From Octopus vulgaris (Eukaryota): a stretch of 64,000 bases of DNA. Both the position numbers and the translations under genes were made by a program. The stretch covers positions 70,494,001-70,558,000 of the forward strand of contig OX597831.1 of NCBI GenBank assembly GCA_951406725.2, read 5' to 3'. The notes under the pieces are model-generated. The model saw nothing but the letters and a program-made list of their open reading frames with translations, was not told the DNA's origin and did not search any database. Of this stretch, positions 1-13,550 are shown piece after piece; within the stretch, counting starts at the first letter, position 1; each line of letters opens with the position of its first letter.

Positions 1-1035
1 GTAACTGCACTGTGTTATCTTTACGAATGTAACAATAAAGACTATAGCTTTGTTTCAGTTTGTTGACCACTCATTAGATTACTGGTATCTTGTCAACTTT
101 CTACCCACAGTGAGAACTTTATGGTAATTGCATGCAATTTCAATCAAATGGAAACCAGAACTTAATTATAATGGCCAGACTAATTTTTATATGCAGATTA
201 TGCAAATCGGTTTATCTATTACAAACAGCCAGTATTTTTGAAGGATACTAGTAGTCATTGGATGATGCATGGAGTTCGTTCTTATTGGTGAGATCATATC
301 ATGTGATCAAAGATTTCTATAAGATAACTAGGCACAGAAGGGCTGCTGAATTTTTATTTTTTCTTTGTTGGTGGGTCTGAAGGAAGGGGCAGTGCCCATG
401 ATCTATGCTAGACATCCAAGACCAGAGAAATTGATGCCTTTACTGTTGATCTTGAACCTTTGAAAGTTAAAACTTTTAGAAAAAAAGATGTGAGCAGTTA
501 AGGAATTCTACAGTGTTGACATTCTAGTAAGGAAAGACCAAGCACTATGATTAGCTATATTAAGGGTATGCTTTAACTAGGAGTGATCCTTAGTGACAGT
601 TAGTCAACAACTGGAGTGATTTTGATGTCCTTAGCCATAGTTAAGAGGAGTATAGAGTGATGATGGCTTTATTTTTTCTTTTCTGATATGAAAAATTGAG
701 AAATAATTGTTTTATTGATATTAAAAAGCACAAGATATCCAAATTGATGAATGCTTTTGTGGTCTATATTCATGGAATGGGTACATATTTAGCATATGGT
801 GCCTAGGCCACAAATGGATAATACATGGCTGGAGAATGTTGAGGACAAATAAATGTTCTGCCATCTGTGTTAGACTTGGTGATGTTAGATGTATTGGCAT
901 GTAAGTCATTGATGTATAGAAGGAAAGACAGTGAGAGACAAAACCGAACTCTGGGCCTTACTAACTTGGTAGAATAGGAGACAACTCTAATGTAATAGAA
1001 AGAATAGTCTTTCTTGCCCTCACAAAAAGTGTCAA

Positions 1036-1196
1036 AACTTGCTTCTCAACCAAACGGTTCTGGGTCCAGTCCCACTGTGCAGTGCCCTGGGCAAGTATCT
1101 TCTACCATAGCCTCAGGCCAACGAAAACCTTGAGTGGATTTGGTAGATGGTAAGTGAAAGAAGTCCATCATGTGTGTATATACATACATACATACA

Positions 1197-1231
<35 letters not shown>

Positions 1232-1260
1232 TAGTGAGGAAAACGGACGTTAAACGATGA

Positions 1261-1297
<37 letters not shown>

Positions 1298-1367
1298 TGT
1301 ATGTATGTATATACACACATGATGGACTTCTTTCACTTACCATCTACCAAATCCACTCAAGGTTTTC

Positions 1368-1415
<48 letters not shown>

Positions 1416-1620
1416 GTGCACGCACGTGTGTGTGTGTGTGTTTGTCCCTCACCACCACTTGACAACTAGTGCTGGTGTGTTTCTGTTCCTGTAACTTAAC
1501 AATTTGGCAAAGGAGACCAACAGAATAAGTACCAGGCTTTCTGAAATAAGTACTGGGGTTGATTCGGGTGACTAAAAAATTCTCCTAGGCTGCAATTTAA
1601 TGACTGAAACAAGTAAAAAA
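1036..1620 (+). mobile_element. tRNA-derived SINE family A, interrupted by an inverted duplication
   Basis: B-box-like GGTCCAGTCC, core GAGTGGATTTGGTAGA..GAAAGAAG, 3' end GACTGAAACAAGTAAAA; matches many other copies in the window. Confidence 0.85.
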
Positions 1621-2640
1621 AAAATAAGAGAAAAAGAAAAACAATGAAACTGAACTATTGGTGGATAGCTTAAAATTGGATAACAGGATGCTTCATTGAT
1701 GACTGCAGTATGAAACTTAAGTCTTCTTGTGAAGGGCTACAGTGTGATGTTTTGATATATGCTGTTTCTCATGAAAATAAAGGCTGGAGTTATGTATCTT
1801 GGACTGCCCCTTGAATATAGCCCAAGTAATTCTGAACAGAGCATTTCCTGATCCACAAGTTTGCAGATAAAACAGGACAGGAAGGTATAATTTTTCTAGT
1901 TTCTAAACCTAAAGGAGTACGTGTGTTAAATGAACCTTGCATTGAAGTCACTGTCTGTGAGTATTACGAAATTCTTTGGAATGCTTTCAGATGGAGTGAA
2001 AGTCATGCTATAAATCACTGCCTCAGAAAAGCAGAACCCTTTCATTGGAGTAAAGGATTGATTTCAGTAGTTGAGATAGGGACTGCATAGTTGTACATTT
2101 TTGTCAGTTGTAGCTTGTGATGTTGGAACAGATATTGTCTAGACAGTAGTAACTAACTTTAGTGTTATGCACATTACAAAGTCTGTGTGGTTGAAAAATG
2201 GTGTTTCATGAAGAATGAGTATTTTATAGATCAACTGAGGGATTGCACCAACTTATATTCTTCCTAACCCTCTTCAAGTTAAGAACAGAAGATGTTTTTA
2301 TGTGTGCTAACTTCTCTCTAATGTTGATTCTTGCAAACAGGTTGTAATGGGATGTGGCTTTATTAAGATATCATCTGAGAATAAATAAAATAGTCTTCAG
2401 CTACTCCCATCGACTAACTTCTTAATTTTATGACGATTTACGGTCTCCTCATTAGGCTTCCAGAAGGCCCATGTTGTTTAAGACTTGTGTTGTTTTAAGA
2501 TGTGTAATAAACAGTTGAACAAATAGAGCTGAATAAAATAAATACCTTATTGAAATTTGTACTGAAATCGATATGAATGAGTAAATCTGTGAAGGGGGAC
2601 ATCCTAGCAAAGTTGTTGTTCAACAGCCAAAAAAGTATAG

Positions 2641-2679
<39 letters not shown>

Positions 2680-2761
2680 CGTGTTGCTTAATGTTGAATG
2701 AATGAGAAACAAGTGCTCAGTATATGTTGCAGAGGATATAGATTTTATGGCTTCAGCTTCA

Positions 2762-2811
<50 letters not shown>

Positions 2812-3665
2812 TACATAATATACATACACATATATGTATGCATATATATATACATATATGTACATATATATATACACATATATGGAATTTTCATCCAGTT
2901 GTATTAAAAACATGACTATGTTGAATCTTGTTCCCTTTTATACAGATTTTTCATATTTCTGCTGCTAGTTCTTTATGTCTAGAACCATATGTTTGAAATT
3001 TTCATAATCTTGTCTTTAAAATAAGCTATTCTAATGACATGCTGTCTGTGCATTCTACAATAAGTTGTAAAGGATCCTGGCAATAATTTTGTAATTGTTA
3101 AAATCAATAATACTAGATTTAAAATCCCATAATAGCAAATTCTGAAAGATATGTTTTATGTGTTGATGCATCTGTGTTTTCAAATGAGGTTTGTATTTTG
3201 CCATTAGTAAAGCTTCCATAATTATTCTCATTTAGTGTAGAATTCTATAGAAAATTGTACTGCTGCCAAGTTGTGTTCTCAATTCATTTTTTAGAGTATA
3301 CTGCATTATAATGAGTTACAATGGCTTCTTGTTGCAAATTCTAGGTCAGTCAATGAGAAAGTGCTGAACTTCTGCGTTTGATGTAACAGTTTGATCGTGA
3401 AGTTTATAACTTTTATGGTTATATTGAAATTTGCATATTAAATTGGTTGTCTGAAATTTATTTCAAAAATGAGATTGTGAAAGTCTCAAAATGTCAGTAT
3501 GATATTTAGGAACATTACTTATAGTTACAAATCAAATATAAAGGATTATTAAAGAAATATGAAAAATCCTGAATAAAAAAGATCAAACTTGAATATAGTC
3601 ATGTTTTAAATATAAGATGTTGAAAGAAAATCTATTTTCTATTTACACATATGTATGTGTGTGCA

Positions 3666-3740
<75 letters not shown>

Positions 3741-4832
3741 ACGTGTGTAGAAAAATGTATGAGAGTGAAGAAATATTGTCACTCTAGGATCAATCTTGAA
3801 AAATACCAGAGAGCCCAGTTTGAAGAAGAAATAATGATAGAAGAAATGTAACTATAAAGCAAATCTTATGTCACTATGAAATGAGATTTCCATTGTAGAT
3901 GGAACTGAAGTAGAGAAACAAGAAAAATGAAAAGAAACTCTGAGAATTCTATCAACAAGGAATAAAAGCTTTATTCAAATTGGTTTCAAACACAACCACA
4001 AAACTAACTGAATGAGATATTGTTGGCAGATTGAGTGAAGTACAAGCTACAACAGCAGAATAGTTGCATAATATTATTGATTCAACAGGGAAATAGTTGT
4101 TTAGAGTATAAGGCTGTTGTCTGATAGACAGATGCCTTTCATTTGTCATCTGTGTTTTAGTTGTTTATATTCAAGTTGTACGTATCTAATGTGTCCTCTT
4201 CCTTTATGATTGTGAAGTGTGATTTGAAGGTGATTTGGTTGTTATTTCTTGCAGATTAGTTGACCATACAGACGTTCCCTAGTAGAATATGCTGCTGATA
4301 TTTAACTCCAGGTCACCCCTGCAAGACAAATCTTTAATCAAAAGCACAACCATTTTGTAATGCTTAATAATATTTCAGAAAGTTTTAAGATAGTGGAGTA
4401 CAATAGGGTAAAAATTTAACTGCTATTTCTAGCAGGTTGAGTAGACATGTAGAATCTCCTTGATTGGTTTTTATCTATATGGTTGAAATCTAGTGTTTTC
4501 AGAGATTCAGAAGTAGCATTATATTCTCAAGTCAATAGGTGTCAATGAAAAATACAATTTCTTTGATAAAATTTTGGTTATGTGGGGTATTTAATGTTGC
4601 CAGTAGTGTTTGTCAAAGACAGACCAAGCGTGTGTTGGAAGTATTTTTTGGTTAGAGACACAATTTTTGGTTAGTGTTTATGAGAATTGGAAACAGAACT
4701 ATAAAAGATTATACTGTAGTTCCGTTTCCTTGACACATTTACCATTTGAGCTGTGTTGACATGAATGTATTAGCAGTTACTACGCTCTGTTGATAGGATA
4801 TTTTTTTCCATAAAAGGATAATAAACTTCAAA

Positions 4833-5172
4833 TTACGGAGATGTACTTGCATAGCAAGTGACTTGATCTGAGATCGTGTGATGGAACGAAAACAATTGCA
4901 GTGTGGAAGGTGTTTATAAGCCATTTAAGAAACACACAAAACCGTTAGATTCATTTCAACATTTAAATTTAATTTGTCAAAATATTTTCATTGGTTTGAG
5001 ACCACGACCTGTTCACTGACAAAGCTGTAATGCAGCACGAAGTTTTGTCCGTGAACAGGTCGCGGTCTCAAAGCGATGAAAATATTTTGACAAATTAAAT
5101 TTAAATGTTGAAGTGAATCGAACAGCTTTTGTGTGTTTCTTAAATGGCTTATAAACACCTTCCATGCTGCAA
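4833..5172. mobile_element. Fold-back element with ~130-bp inverted arms and a hammerhead-shaped motif
   Basis: Arms ~4896-5025 and ~5041-5172 are reverse complements (ttgcagtgtggaaggtgtttataagcc... / ...ggcttataaacaccttccatgctgcaa); an unpaired extension lies on the left. Confidence 0.8.
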
Positions 5173-5524
5173 ACTTCAAATTTTTCTTAGAAAAACTGAA
5201 TTTAGTTCTGTAGTGTTCATAGATTAGTATGATCTAGTTTTCATTTAGACATCTGTTCTGCAATCACATAATTTCTGGTTTGGTCTCATGAATTGTTGTG
5301 CAAGCAGAAAACCAACTGAGTTCATTCCAAATATGCTTCATACATATTAGCATTCTCATGCCTCAGGTTCATCATTACCTTTGTGAATTTGATAGAGGAA
5401 AACTATACAGAGGCCCACTATGAATGTGTGTGTGTGTATGTACGTGTGCGTGCACACGTGCATGCATGCATGTGTGTGCTTGCATATGCATGTGTACGTG
5501 TGTGTGTGTTTCCTAATATACACC

Positions 5525-6230
5525 ACCATTGAGGACACCCATTGTCCTCAATGGTGATATTCTTGAAGAGGTTGAGAGTTTCAAATACCTTGGCGCCATC
5601 ATTACAGCTACAGATCAAGGTGAGGCTGACATTAAAACACAAATTGACCTCGCTCACCAAGCCTTCAACCAACTCAGTGCACAACTCTGGTCAAAGTACG
5701 GATCTACTAAGCACTAGTGCGAATGATTCTCCTTTATGGCAGCGAGTCATGGCCAATGAGAGTGGAAGATATTATGTGACTAGAATCCTTCAATCACCTC
5801 TGTCTATGCCACATCCTTCATGTCCGATGGCATCACTTTGTCTCTAACAATTTGGTGTGACACCAGTGCAGAATCACCTCCCTCCGACAAGTCATCCTAA
5901 CGAGACATCTGCGTTGGCTGGGTCATGCTCTCCGTTGTCAACAGGAGAATTCATCTACAAAGCAATTGCCCCAGCTCCCCTTCAGGGTTAGCAAAGCGAT
6001 GTGGTGGACAATGGAAAACATGGCTGATGACAGTCAAGGCTGATCTGGAACCCAACCTAGGGCCCCATATCTATGGCGTTCGCCGCTGGAATAAGGAGTG
6101 GTTGGAGATCACGTGGTCGTTAGCCTCAAATCGCCAGGCCTAGTCGGCATTTGTGAGAGATGCAGCATTGAGGATGAATTAAGCCAGCTCAACCCACCCC
6201 GGGTGAATGCTGTAAAAGAAGAAGAAGAAA
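5525..6230 (+). mobile_element. RTE-clade LINE 3' fragment (RT C-terminus), decayed
   Basis: Translations LEEVESFKYLGAII, LLYGSESW, LRWLGHALR; ends in a (GAA)n tail; frameshifts and stops present. Confidence 0.85.
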
Positions 6231-6489
6231 AATATACACCAGCAAAGACATGAAAAACTGGCATTCTTCAAATGAAGTCGCTTGCAATATTTGCTTTATA
6301 TCAAGCTATAGACTCCTTTGTCACTCTTCTGATTGGAAAAAATAAAAGCAATATTGCAGTGAATGGCTTTCATTGGAAACTGAAACCAACGATGCTATAA
6401 TATTATTCATGAATTGTAATATACATAAATAAATATAAGTAGAAGTGAACTGTGAAAGGGCTAAAATTAGTAATGATAAAGTTAGTGTG

Positions 6490-6840
6490 CATACAAGACA
6501 GAGTGTAATCTCCCTGAGAGAAAACTTGGATATAAGAGGCATCAGATGTGGTATATAAGAGAGATGACTGTGCTAGTATGGTCATGTGTTACGTATGGAT
6601 AAGGACAGCTGTGTGAAGGAGTGTCACACCCTAACAGTGGAGGGAAGCTGTGGAAGAGGTAGACCCAGGAAGACATGACATGAGATGGGGAAACCTGACC
6701 TTCGAATGTTGGACCTCACAGAGGCAGTGACAAGTGCCAGAGACCTTTGGAGATATGCTGTGCTCAGAGAAGACCTGGCAAGCCAAGTGAGATCAAAGCT
6801 ATGGCCTATGCCAGTGTTGCATAACCAGCCCATTTAAGAG
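6490..6840 (+). mobile_element. RTE-type LINE 3' fragment, decayed
   Basis: Reads ..YGHVLRMDKDSCVKECHTLTVEGSCGRGRPRKT.. with stops, a typical RTE C-terminus. Confidence 0.8.
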
Positions 6841-6869
6841 TTCCTTTCAACCTGTTGATTCAATTGAAA

Positions 6870-7230
6870 TTGTTGTTGTGGCCGATGCCAGTCAGGCAGT
6901 ACTGGCACCCATGCGGGAGGCACATAAAAAGTACCATTCGAGCATGTTCAATGCCAGTGCCACCAGATTGGCTTCTGTGCTGTTGGCACATTAAAAGCAC
7001 CATATGAGCATGGCCAATGCTAATGTCACCTGACTGGCTCCCATGCTGGTGGTATGTGAAAAGCACAATTCAAATTTGGTCAATGCCAGTGCCACCTGAC
7101 TGGCTCCCGTGCCAGTGGCACATAAAAAGCACCTACTACACTTTCGGAGTGGTTGGCATTAGGAAGGGCATTCAGCTGTAGAAACTTTGCCAGATTAGAT
7201 TGGAGCCTGGTGCAGCGATGATGATGACTG
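6870..7230 (+). mobile_element. Family D repeat (RTE-tail-like element with internal ~60-bp tandem units)
   Basis: Units GCCAGTGCCACCTGACTGGCTCCCGTGCC..GGCACATAAAAAGCACC, then GAGTGGTTGGCATTAGGAAGGGCA; homologous to 34512-34866 and 58011-58930. Confidence 0.75.
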
Positions 7231-8302
7231 GTAGTGGTGGTGGTGGTGGAGGAGGAGGAGCAGGAGGAGCAGGAGGATATGCTGTGTTATTATGTATAGG
7301 CCATGAAATTTTTAATTCCCCGGCAATAAAGGCTTTACAGTTTGAAAGTATAGTTGTTGTTATTTTATTGCTGTCATGCCCTGGGTATCCTTTGCTTGCA
7401 TGGAAACTATGATCAAAGATATTCCTTCCATGACTATCACTTCTTTTTGGAGATGTGTAGGATTATGTTATTGTTTATTTAAGCTAATAAGCTATGATTT
7501 AAGAGACCGTAACTGTTATTTTTAGCAGGTCATCTCTGTTTATAGAAGCTTCCGCATTTTCACATGAAGGGAATAGCAATTGCTAGCAGAAACAGCAGAT
7601 ATTATTTGATGCTGCTAGCTTCAGTAAAACTGTGAGAGGGAAACAAGATTATGGGCCTTTGCTTTTTCAATTAAGGTCTACTTTCTCATGGTTTAGCAGC
7701 AATTCCATTAAATTTGCAGAAACATAAAATGACTATTAAATAAGAAAACAGTTGTTATAACATAGGGTATATGAGATAGATGCCATGGAATTTGCCCAAT
7801 AATTTATATCTCTTACACCTCGCTGCTTCACTTAACAGATATGTTTACCAAAATTTATGACCATTTAAAACACAATTCTTGCTATTAGCTATTGTCTTCC
7901 TAGTTAAATCCCTATATCAATATTTGATAATAATGTTGAGGATGATGAGGAAGATGATGATGACAACTTCAGTAATATTTCCATCATAGTATTTCTCTAC
8001 CATTATATTTCTTCAACAAGGAACATTGGCAGCATAGACAGGAAAGAATAAATAAATAGATGAATTAATTAATGTTTATGAATGCTTATACATTGAGTGT
8101 ATGTGTGTGTGCGTGTGTGTGCGTGTGTGTGTGTGTGTGTGTGCGTGCGTGTGTGTGTGTGTGTGTGTGTGTTTAATATACAATAGCAATATAGGTGCGT
8201 GTGTCTGCATGCATATATTTATGTATGAAAATGCATTCAACATTTATTATGGTGCTGAATCTTCAAATTATATAGAACTGAGCCCTGTTGATATATATAT
8301 AT

Positions 8303-8521
8303 AAGGAGAGCTGGCAGAAACGTTAGCACGCTGGGCGAAATGTGTAGCCGTATTTCGTCTGCCGTTACGTTCTGAGTTCAAATTCTGCCGAGGTCGACTT
8401 TGCCTTTCATCCTTTCGGGGTCGATAAATTAAGTACCAGTTACGCACTTGGGTTGATATAATCAACTTAATCCGTTTGTCTGTCCTCTCTGTGTTTAGCC
8501 CCTTGTGGGTAGTAAAGAAAT
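8303..8521 (+). mobile_element. SINE family B
   Basis: GAGCTGGCAGAAACGTTAGC head, GAGTTCAAATT B-box, core GCCTTTCATCCTTTCGGGGTCGATAAATTAAGTACCAG. Confidence 0.9.
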
Positions 8522-8542
8522 ATATATACACACACACACAAA

Positions 8543-8578
<36 letters not shown>

Positions 8579-9719
8579 GATACACACAGATGTATATATG
8601 CACATACATACATATACATAATAGACATCATTATGCTCCTCATTATTTCTTAGCATTTCCTGTATGAAGCTGTAGGATTTTAAACTTTTGTGGAGAGAAG
8701 GCTCCATAACAATTCTCGATGATTCTTTAATGAAAGACAGAAAAAGTCACTTCAATCCTCACTGCAAAGCCTCCAAAGATTTTTGGTCTATGCCTGAATT
8801 CTCTTTTCATAGCAAAACGAAGTGTGTGTGTGTGTGCTTTCATACATAAAATGCATAATGAAGAGAGAGTGAGGTGCCTTTTATATATGAATTTCTTTGT
8901 TGATTGCTAAGTATAGCCTTAATTACAATCAAAGTGGTCTGTTTTGATTGAAATGAGAGCAATCTGTAAAAGCTGCTGTAAACAGGCTTCTCCCTCTTTC
9001 ATAACTACAAACAGGATCAGAGAGTCAAAAACTGAGCTTTTGTGTGATCATTTGTTCTGCGCCAAAATAGTACCAAAATCTCTCCTGTATGACTTCAAAA
9101 CAGAGAGTACACATTGAAGAAGCCCTAGATATACAAAAGATCATTGGTTCATGCTTAAAATGTCTTTGTAGACCTGTTTGATTAGATTGACTTGCAGCTA
9201 AACAAAAAACAGAAACAGCAACAACCAAGATCAAAAGCAAAATGTCAGGTAATTTTTGTGTAAAAGTTATTATCATGGCTGTGTGGTTGAGAAACAGGCT
9301 TCTCAACAGAATTCCATTGCATGGCTACTATGAAATGTGTCTTCTACTATAACCTTGGCTAGACCAATGCTTCATAAGAGGAATTTCGTTGCCACCATCA
9401 TATATGCACACAAACACACACACACACACACGTGCGCGTGCACAGGCACACACATACACACACACACAAACAATTAAACAAGTGTGTTTGTTTTTTTTGT
9501 CTTCACATTCACACAGCTTAAGCAGCTGAAATGTTGGGTTAATTCCTCCATTAATAAAAAGGTTGGCTTTTCAGTGTCTTGCTGGGAAGTGAGAGCAGTG
9601 GAATAAATTAATGACTTGAAACCAAATGAGGCTTGGCCAAAGAAAGGGCATCCAATAATAGAATATTACATGAGTAAATCTAATCCAACTTGTGCTAGTA
9701 TAGAACCAACAAGGGTAAC

Positions 9720-9895
9720 AGTGATGTTGGTATTGGTGATGGTGGTGGTGGTGATGGTTGTGATGATGATGGTGGTAGTGGTGGTGGTGGTGGTGGTGGT
9801 GATGGTTGTGATGATGATGGTGGTAGTGGTGGTGGTGGTGGGAGTGGTGGTGGTGGCAAATCTAGGAATGATGACAATCATAATGATGATGAGGC
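9720..9895. repeat. (GGT/GAT)n compound microsatellite
   Basis: Seen directly; explains the poly-V, poly-T and poly-P ORFs. Confidence 0.9.
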
Positions 9896-10019
9896 TGTCA
9901 GTACTGTTGCTGCTTAAGAGAAAGTAGCACCAAAATTAGAAGATAGATGATTTTATAATGGATTTAATGCATCAATCTATGAAGGTGCTTATGTACTTTT
10001 ACACAGCAAGGAAACAAAA

Positions 10020-10149
10020 TAAGATATATGTATATAATCACATATATATATTTATATATATATATACCTACAAATACTTATATAAGTTATGTATGTATGT
10101 ATGTGTATATGTATGTATTATGTATGTGTGTGTACATACATACATACAT

Positions 10150-10198
<49 letters not shown>

Positions 10199-10350
10199 CA
10201 TACACATATACACATATGTGCAAATATATATATATATATATAAATATATACAAATACATACACATATACACACATGGGCAAATGTATATATATATACATA
10301 TACATGAATGTATTTACACACACATACACGTTCACATACATGCCTACATA
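10020..10350. repeat. (TA)n/(CA)n/(TATG)n compound microsatellite
   Basis: Seen directly. Confidence 0.9.
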
Positions 10351-12309
10351 ACTGATCAGAAAATAAAACCTGTCAACAAGGAATATGTATAATAATTATT
10401 TTCTTTAACCTTTATATATATTTTATAGATAATATATGTAAATAAATATAATATATAATCTATATATGTATAAAATATTTTCTATATATTTTCATTTCAG
10501 TTCCTTTTGTTGTTGTTGTTGTTGTTATTAATAATTTTACTCTTGTTATTATTATTGTTGATATTTTTTCAACATATTATATCAGAAAATATAGTTTTGT
10601 TCAAACTATAAAACTCTATAGAAAACTATAAAACTATAGAAATATTTAGAGATAAAACAAAAAAGCAAAATGAAGGAAGCAAACCATGTAGGAAATAACA
10701 AAATATATTCATCTCCATTACCACGTTTATCTGTGACAAGATGATACGACAGAAATAACTTCTGTTAAGCTTTATTCTCTGAAATGAAAATGATGAAATG
10801 ATCATAAAATTATATTAAGAGCTCCTAGCATACTTTATAAGTTTATGCAAATATATAATAAATAAGAGAGGTTACTGCCATGTGTCATACTAAGGTGGAA
10901 TATATAATCAATATATGCTTAACATGTGGCACAAATTTGGTAAAGTTCCAATTATTTATTGCATATATGTTACATTTTATTTCTGCTTGTTATAATTTAG
11001 TATTATTTTTCCGTATAGTTGCAGGTAGCGGTTGTCTGTGCATGTATGTGTGTGAAGTAATACTGAGGATGATGATGATAATGTTGGTGATGATAATGAT
11101 CCCTACTATATTTGTATATATCTATATGCACATATAATACACATATATATGGTTTAGTGTTTTGAGAATTTTAACTGAAACTTACTTGAGAAAATTTCCT
11201 TTCACAGATATGCTTTAACACACATGAAGAGACACACATATAGACACACAACATGTGCACAGGCATACGTACATGATTAAAATGAAGCAAAGCTTAAGAA
11301 TGAGAAATAGCATTATTTTATTGGATACAGTTTTTGATAGAATATTTCATGTAAATCTTAAAATATACAAAATAATCATGTATGTGTGTGTGTATGCATG
11401 TGTATGTATATGTACATTATGTGAGGTGCAAGATCTGATCACTAAAAACTTGCTACTGGTAACCATGAAATCCTGTACAACCTATTGCATGGTCAGGTCA
11501 TTGGCAAGTATGCTGATAACCCCACTTGGCATACTTGGTTGAGGAGGGTAATTTTTAGACACTGTTCAGGAAGAAAGAGATCTCTCAAAGGGTAGACAAA
11601 CTCATGAGAGTCAGTGGCCATTCAATAGTGTGTGTGCTTGTATGTGTGTGTGTATACACACACACACACACACACACACAGACATATATAAATACATAAA
11701 ATTTTAATTTAATTTAAAATAAAATTTTAAATAAGCAGGAAATGGAGAAAAATTTTGATCAACAAACAAACAAATTGACCAACAAACATCAATTAATCAT
11801 TTTTTTAATACAAAACTTAACAGTGCTTACGGCCATTTTGGCTACCAATGTCAGTCGGTGCCTACAAAGAAAATACCGAAAATAATATTCGTCATCTTTA
11901 TAACACTTTCAATCTTGTACATGGAGCTTCAGCAGAGTGAATACAAATGCATAAAATAAAAGGGAAGAGGGAAGAGGAAAGAACAGGACCTTGAGATGAG
12001 GCAAGAAGGCTCAATATATTAGAATCATACCATTTTGCAGTGTGAAACTTGAAGTCGATGGGCAAAAGAGTAAACTAGCAAATAATCTAGAAATATAATT
12101 GGTGACGTTTATCGCTTTTTATAGGGGTACTAGGGTGTATAAATAATAGTAAAATAAAACTAGTGCTAAAGTAAAGCAGGAATCGTCAATATGTCTAGAA
12201 AAGGATAGTACTTGTGATTTTGTAAATAGAGCTAATTAATATTTATCCAAAAACAAACCCGTAAAGTTTTTATAACAGTGTACTTACTGAAATATTCTAG
12301 AGACCAACC

Positions 12310-13550
12310 ACTTGTTGTCTGTAATGGAACTGACTCTTGGCTTTGTTGATTGTCATAGGGAAGCACAATTGCACTGGGAACTGGAGGCATTAGAATTGAA
12401 ATGGCACATTTGAGTGAATAAGGGGCAAGTGTGGAATGTATGTGATCTCTCCTCGATAGGACGACTTGTCGTCGTAGTTATAATCAATCTTGTAGCATTG
12501 CATAGTTGTGGTGGGTCCAAATTCCTCAAGAGCATGATTGGTGCACCTTTCTTTAGGAACATTTGTGGTAGCAGTCCTGTGAGTTGTAGAGAGTTAAAAA
12601 ATTCAACTGGATGCTCAACAGCGGCATGTTCGTCGATGGTAGTATCAGTGGAGACAAACGTTGAAGCATCTCCAGGTAGAATGTGGAGGAGTTCGTGGTT
12701 TACTTTATCAACACTTTCATTCTGAGGTGCTAAAATAGCTCTCTCTGTGAACCATGCTATGTTTTTGAAGTTGTCTTGCAATATGGGAAATACATTTTCT
12801 TTAAGCTCAGCCAATGTAGACACCATGTGACCACATTGCAAAGACACCATTTCCAAGTAGAAGTTGATGAAAGAATTCCTCAGCTAAGGGGTCGTTGTAG
12901 AGATGAGCTCACATATTGTTGCTTAATGAAAGCTGACAAACAAACCTCCTCAAAGGTGAAGACCTTCAGACATACATAGATGTCATATTTGATGGAAATC
13001 TCCTGCGAGGACAACAGTTATGCCCCCACCCCAATAATAGCAGTATTGTTTCTAACACGGTGGCAAGCTGGAAGAAACGTTAGCACGCCAGGCGAAGTGC
13101 TTTGCGGTATTTCGCCCGTCTCTACGTTCTGAGTTCAAATTCCGTCGAGGTCGAATTTGCCTTTCATCCTTTCGGGGTAGATAAATTAAGTACCAGTTAC
13201 ACACTGGGGTCGATGTAATCGACTTAATCCGTTTGTCTGTCCTTGTTTGTCCCCTCTATGTTTAGCCCCTTGTGGGCAATAAAGAAACAAGTATTGTTTC
13301 TAATATCCCTTAGTGACCTATATAGGGCTTCTAGTGGACCACGGTGTGCCAGCGTGCATTCATCCCAGACAATAAGTGTAGTTTAGAGTAGAACTTCTGC
13401 CGTCGGTGGTCCTTTTGAAATATTACACTTTTGGGCATCACTGAAGTGAGTTTTCTTGAGCACAAATAGAAGCAATTTTCTTTGTGGCCCTTTTTTTGAG
13501 CAGATAAATGAGAATGTCTTCATTTTGGAGGCATTGCTGAAAAGAGTGAA
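12310..13550 (-). mobile_element. Helitron RepHel remnant (PIF1-like helicase domain), pseudogenised
   Basis: Minus-strand reads: LIVWDECTLAH (Walker B), GITVVLAGDFHQ, ERAILAPQN, GAPIMLLRNLDPPQLCNATRL, QFPVQLCFPMTINKA; stops and frameshifts; a SINE is inserted. Confidence 0.9.
13056..13289 (+). mobile_element. SINE family B inserted in the Helitron, 14-bp TSD
   Basis: Family B consensus; AGTATTGTTTCTAA at 13042-13055 and 13290-13303. Confidence 0.9.

Noticed and set aside
1-4110. Possible very old LINE and hAT remnants at 1-1000, 1640-2300 and 3750-4110
   Set aside because: Only vague motif resemblance; not supportable without a profile search
9958-10392. YI/HT/CV-rich ORFs here and throughout the ORF track
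   Set aside because: Read-throughs of (TA)n and (CA)n microsatellites
12353-12856. Cellular PIF1 helicase gene
   Set aside because: Intronless, with stops, frameshifts and a SINE insertion; the motifs are Helitron-type
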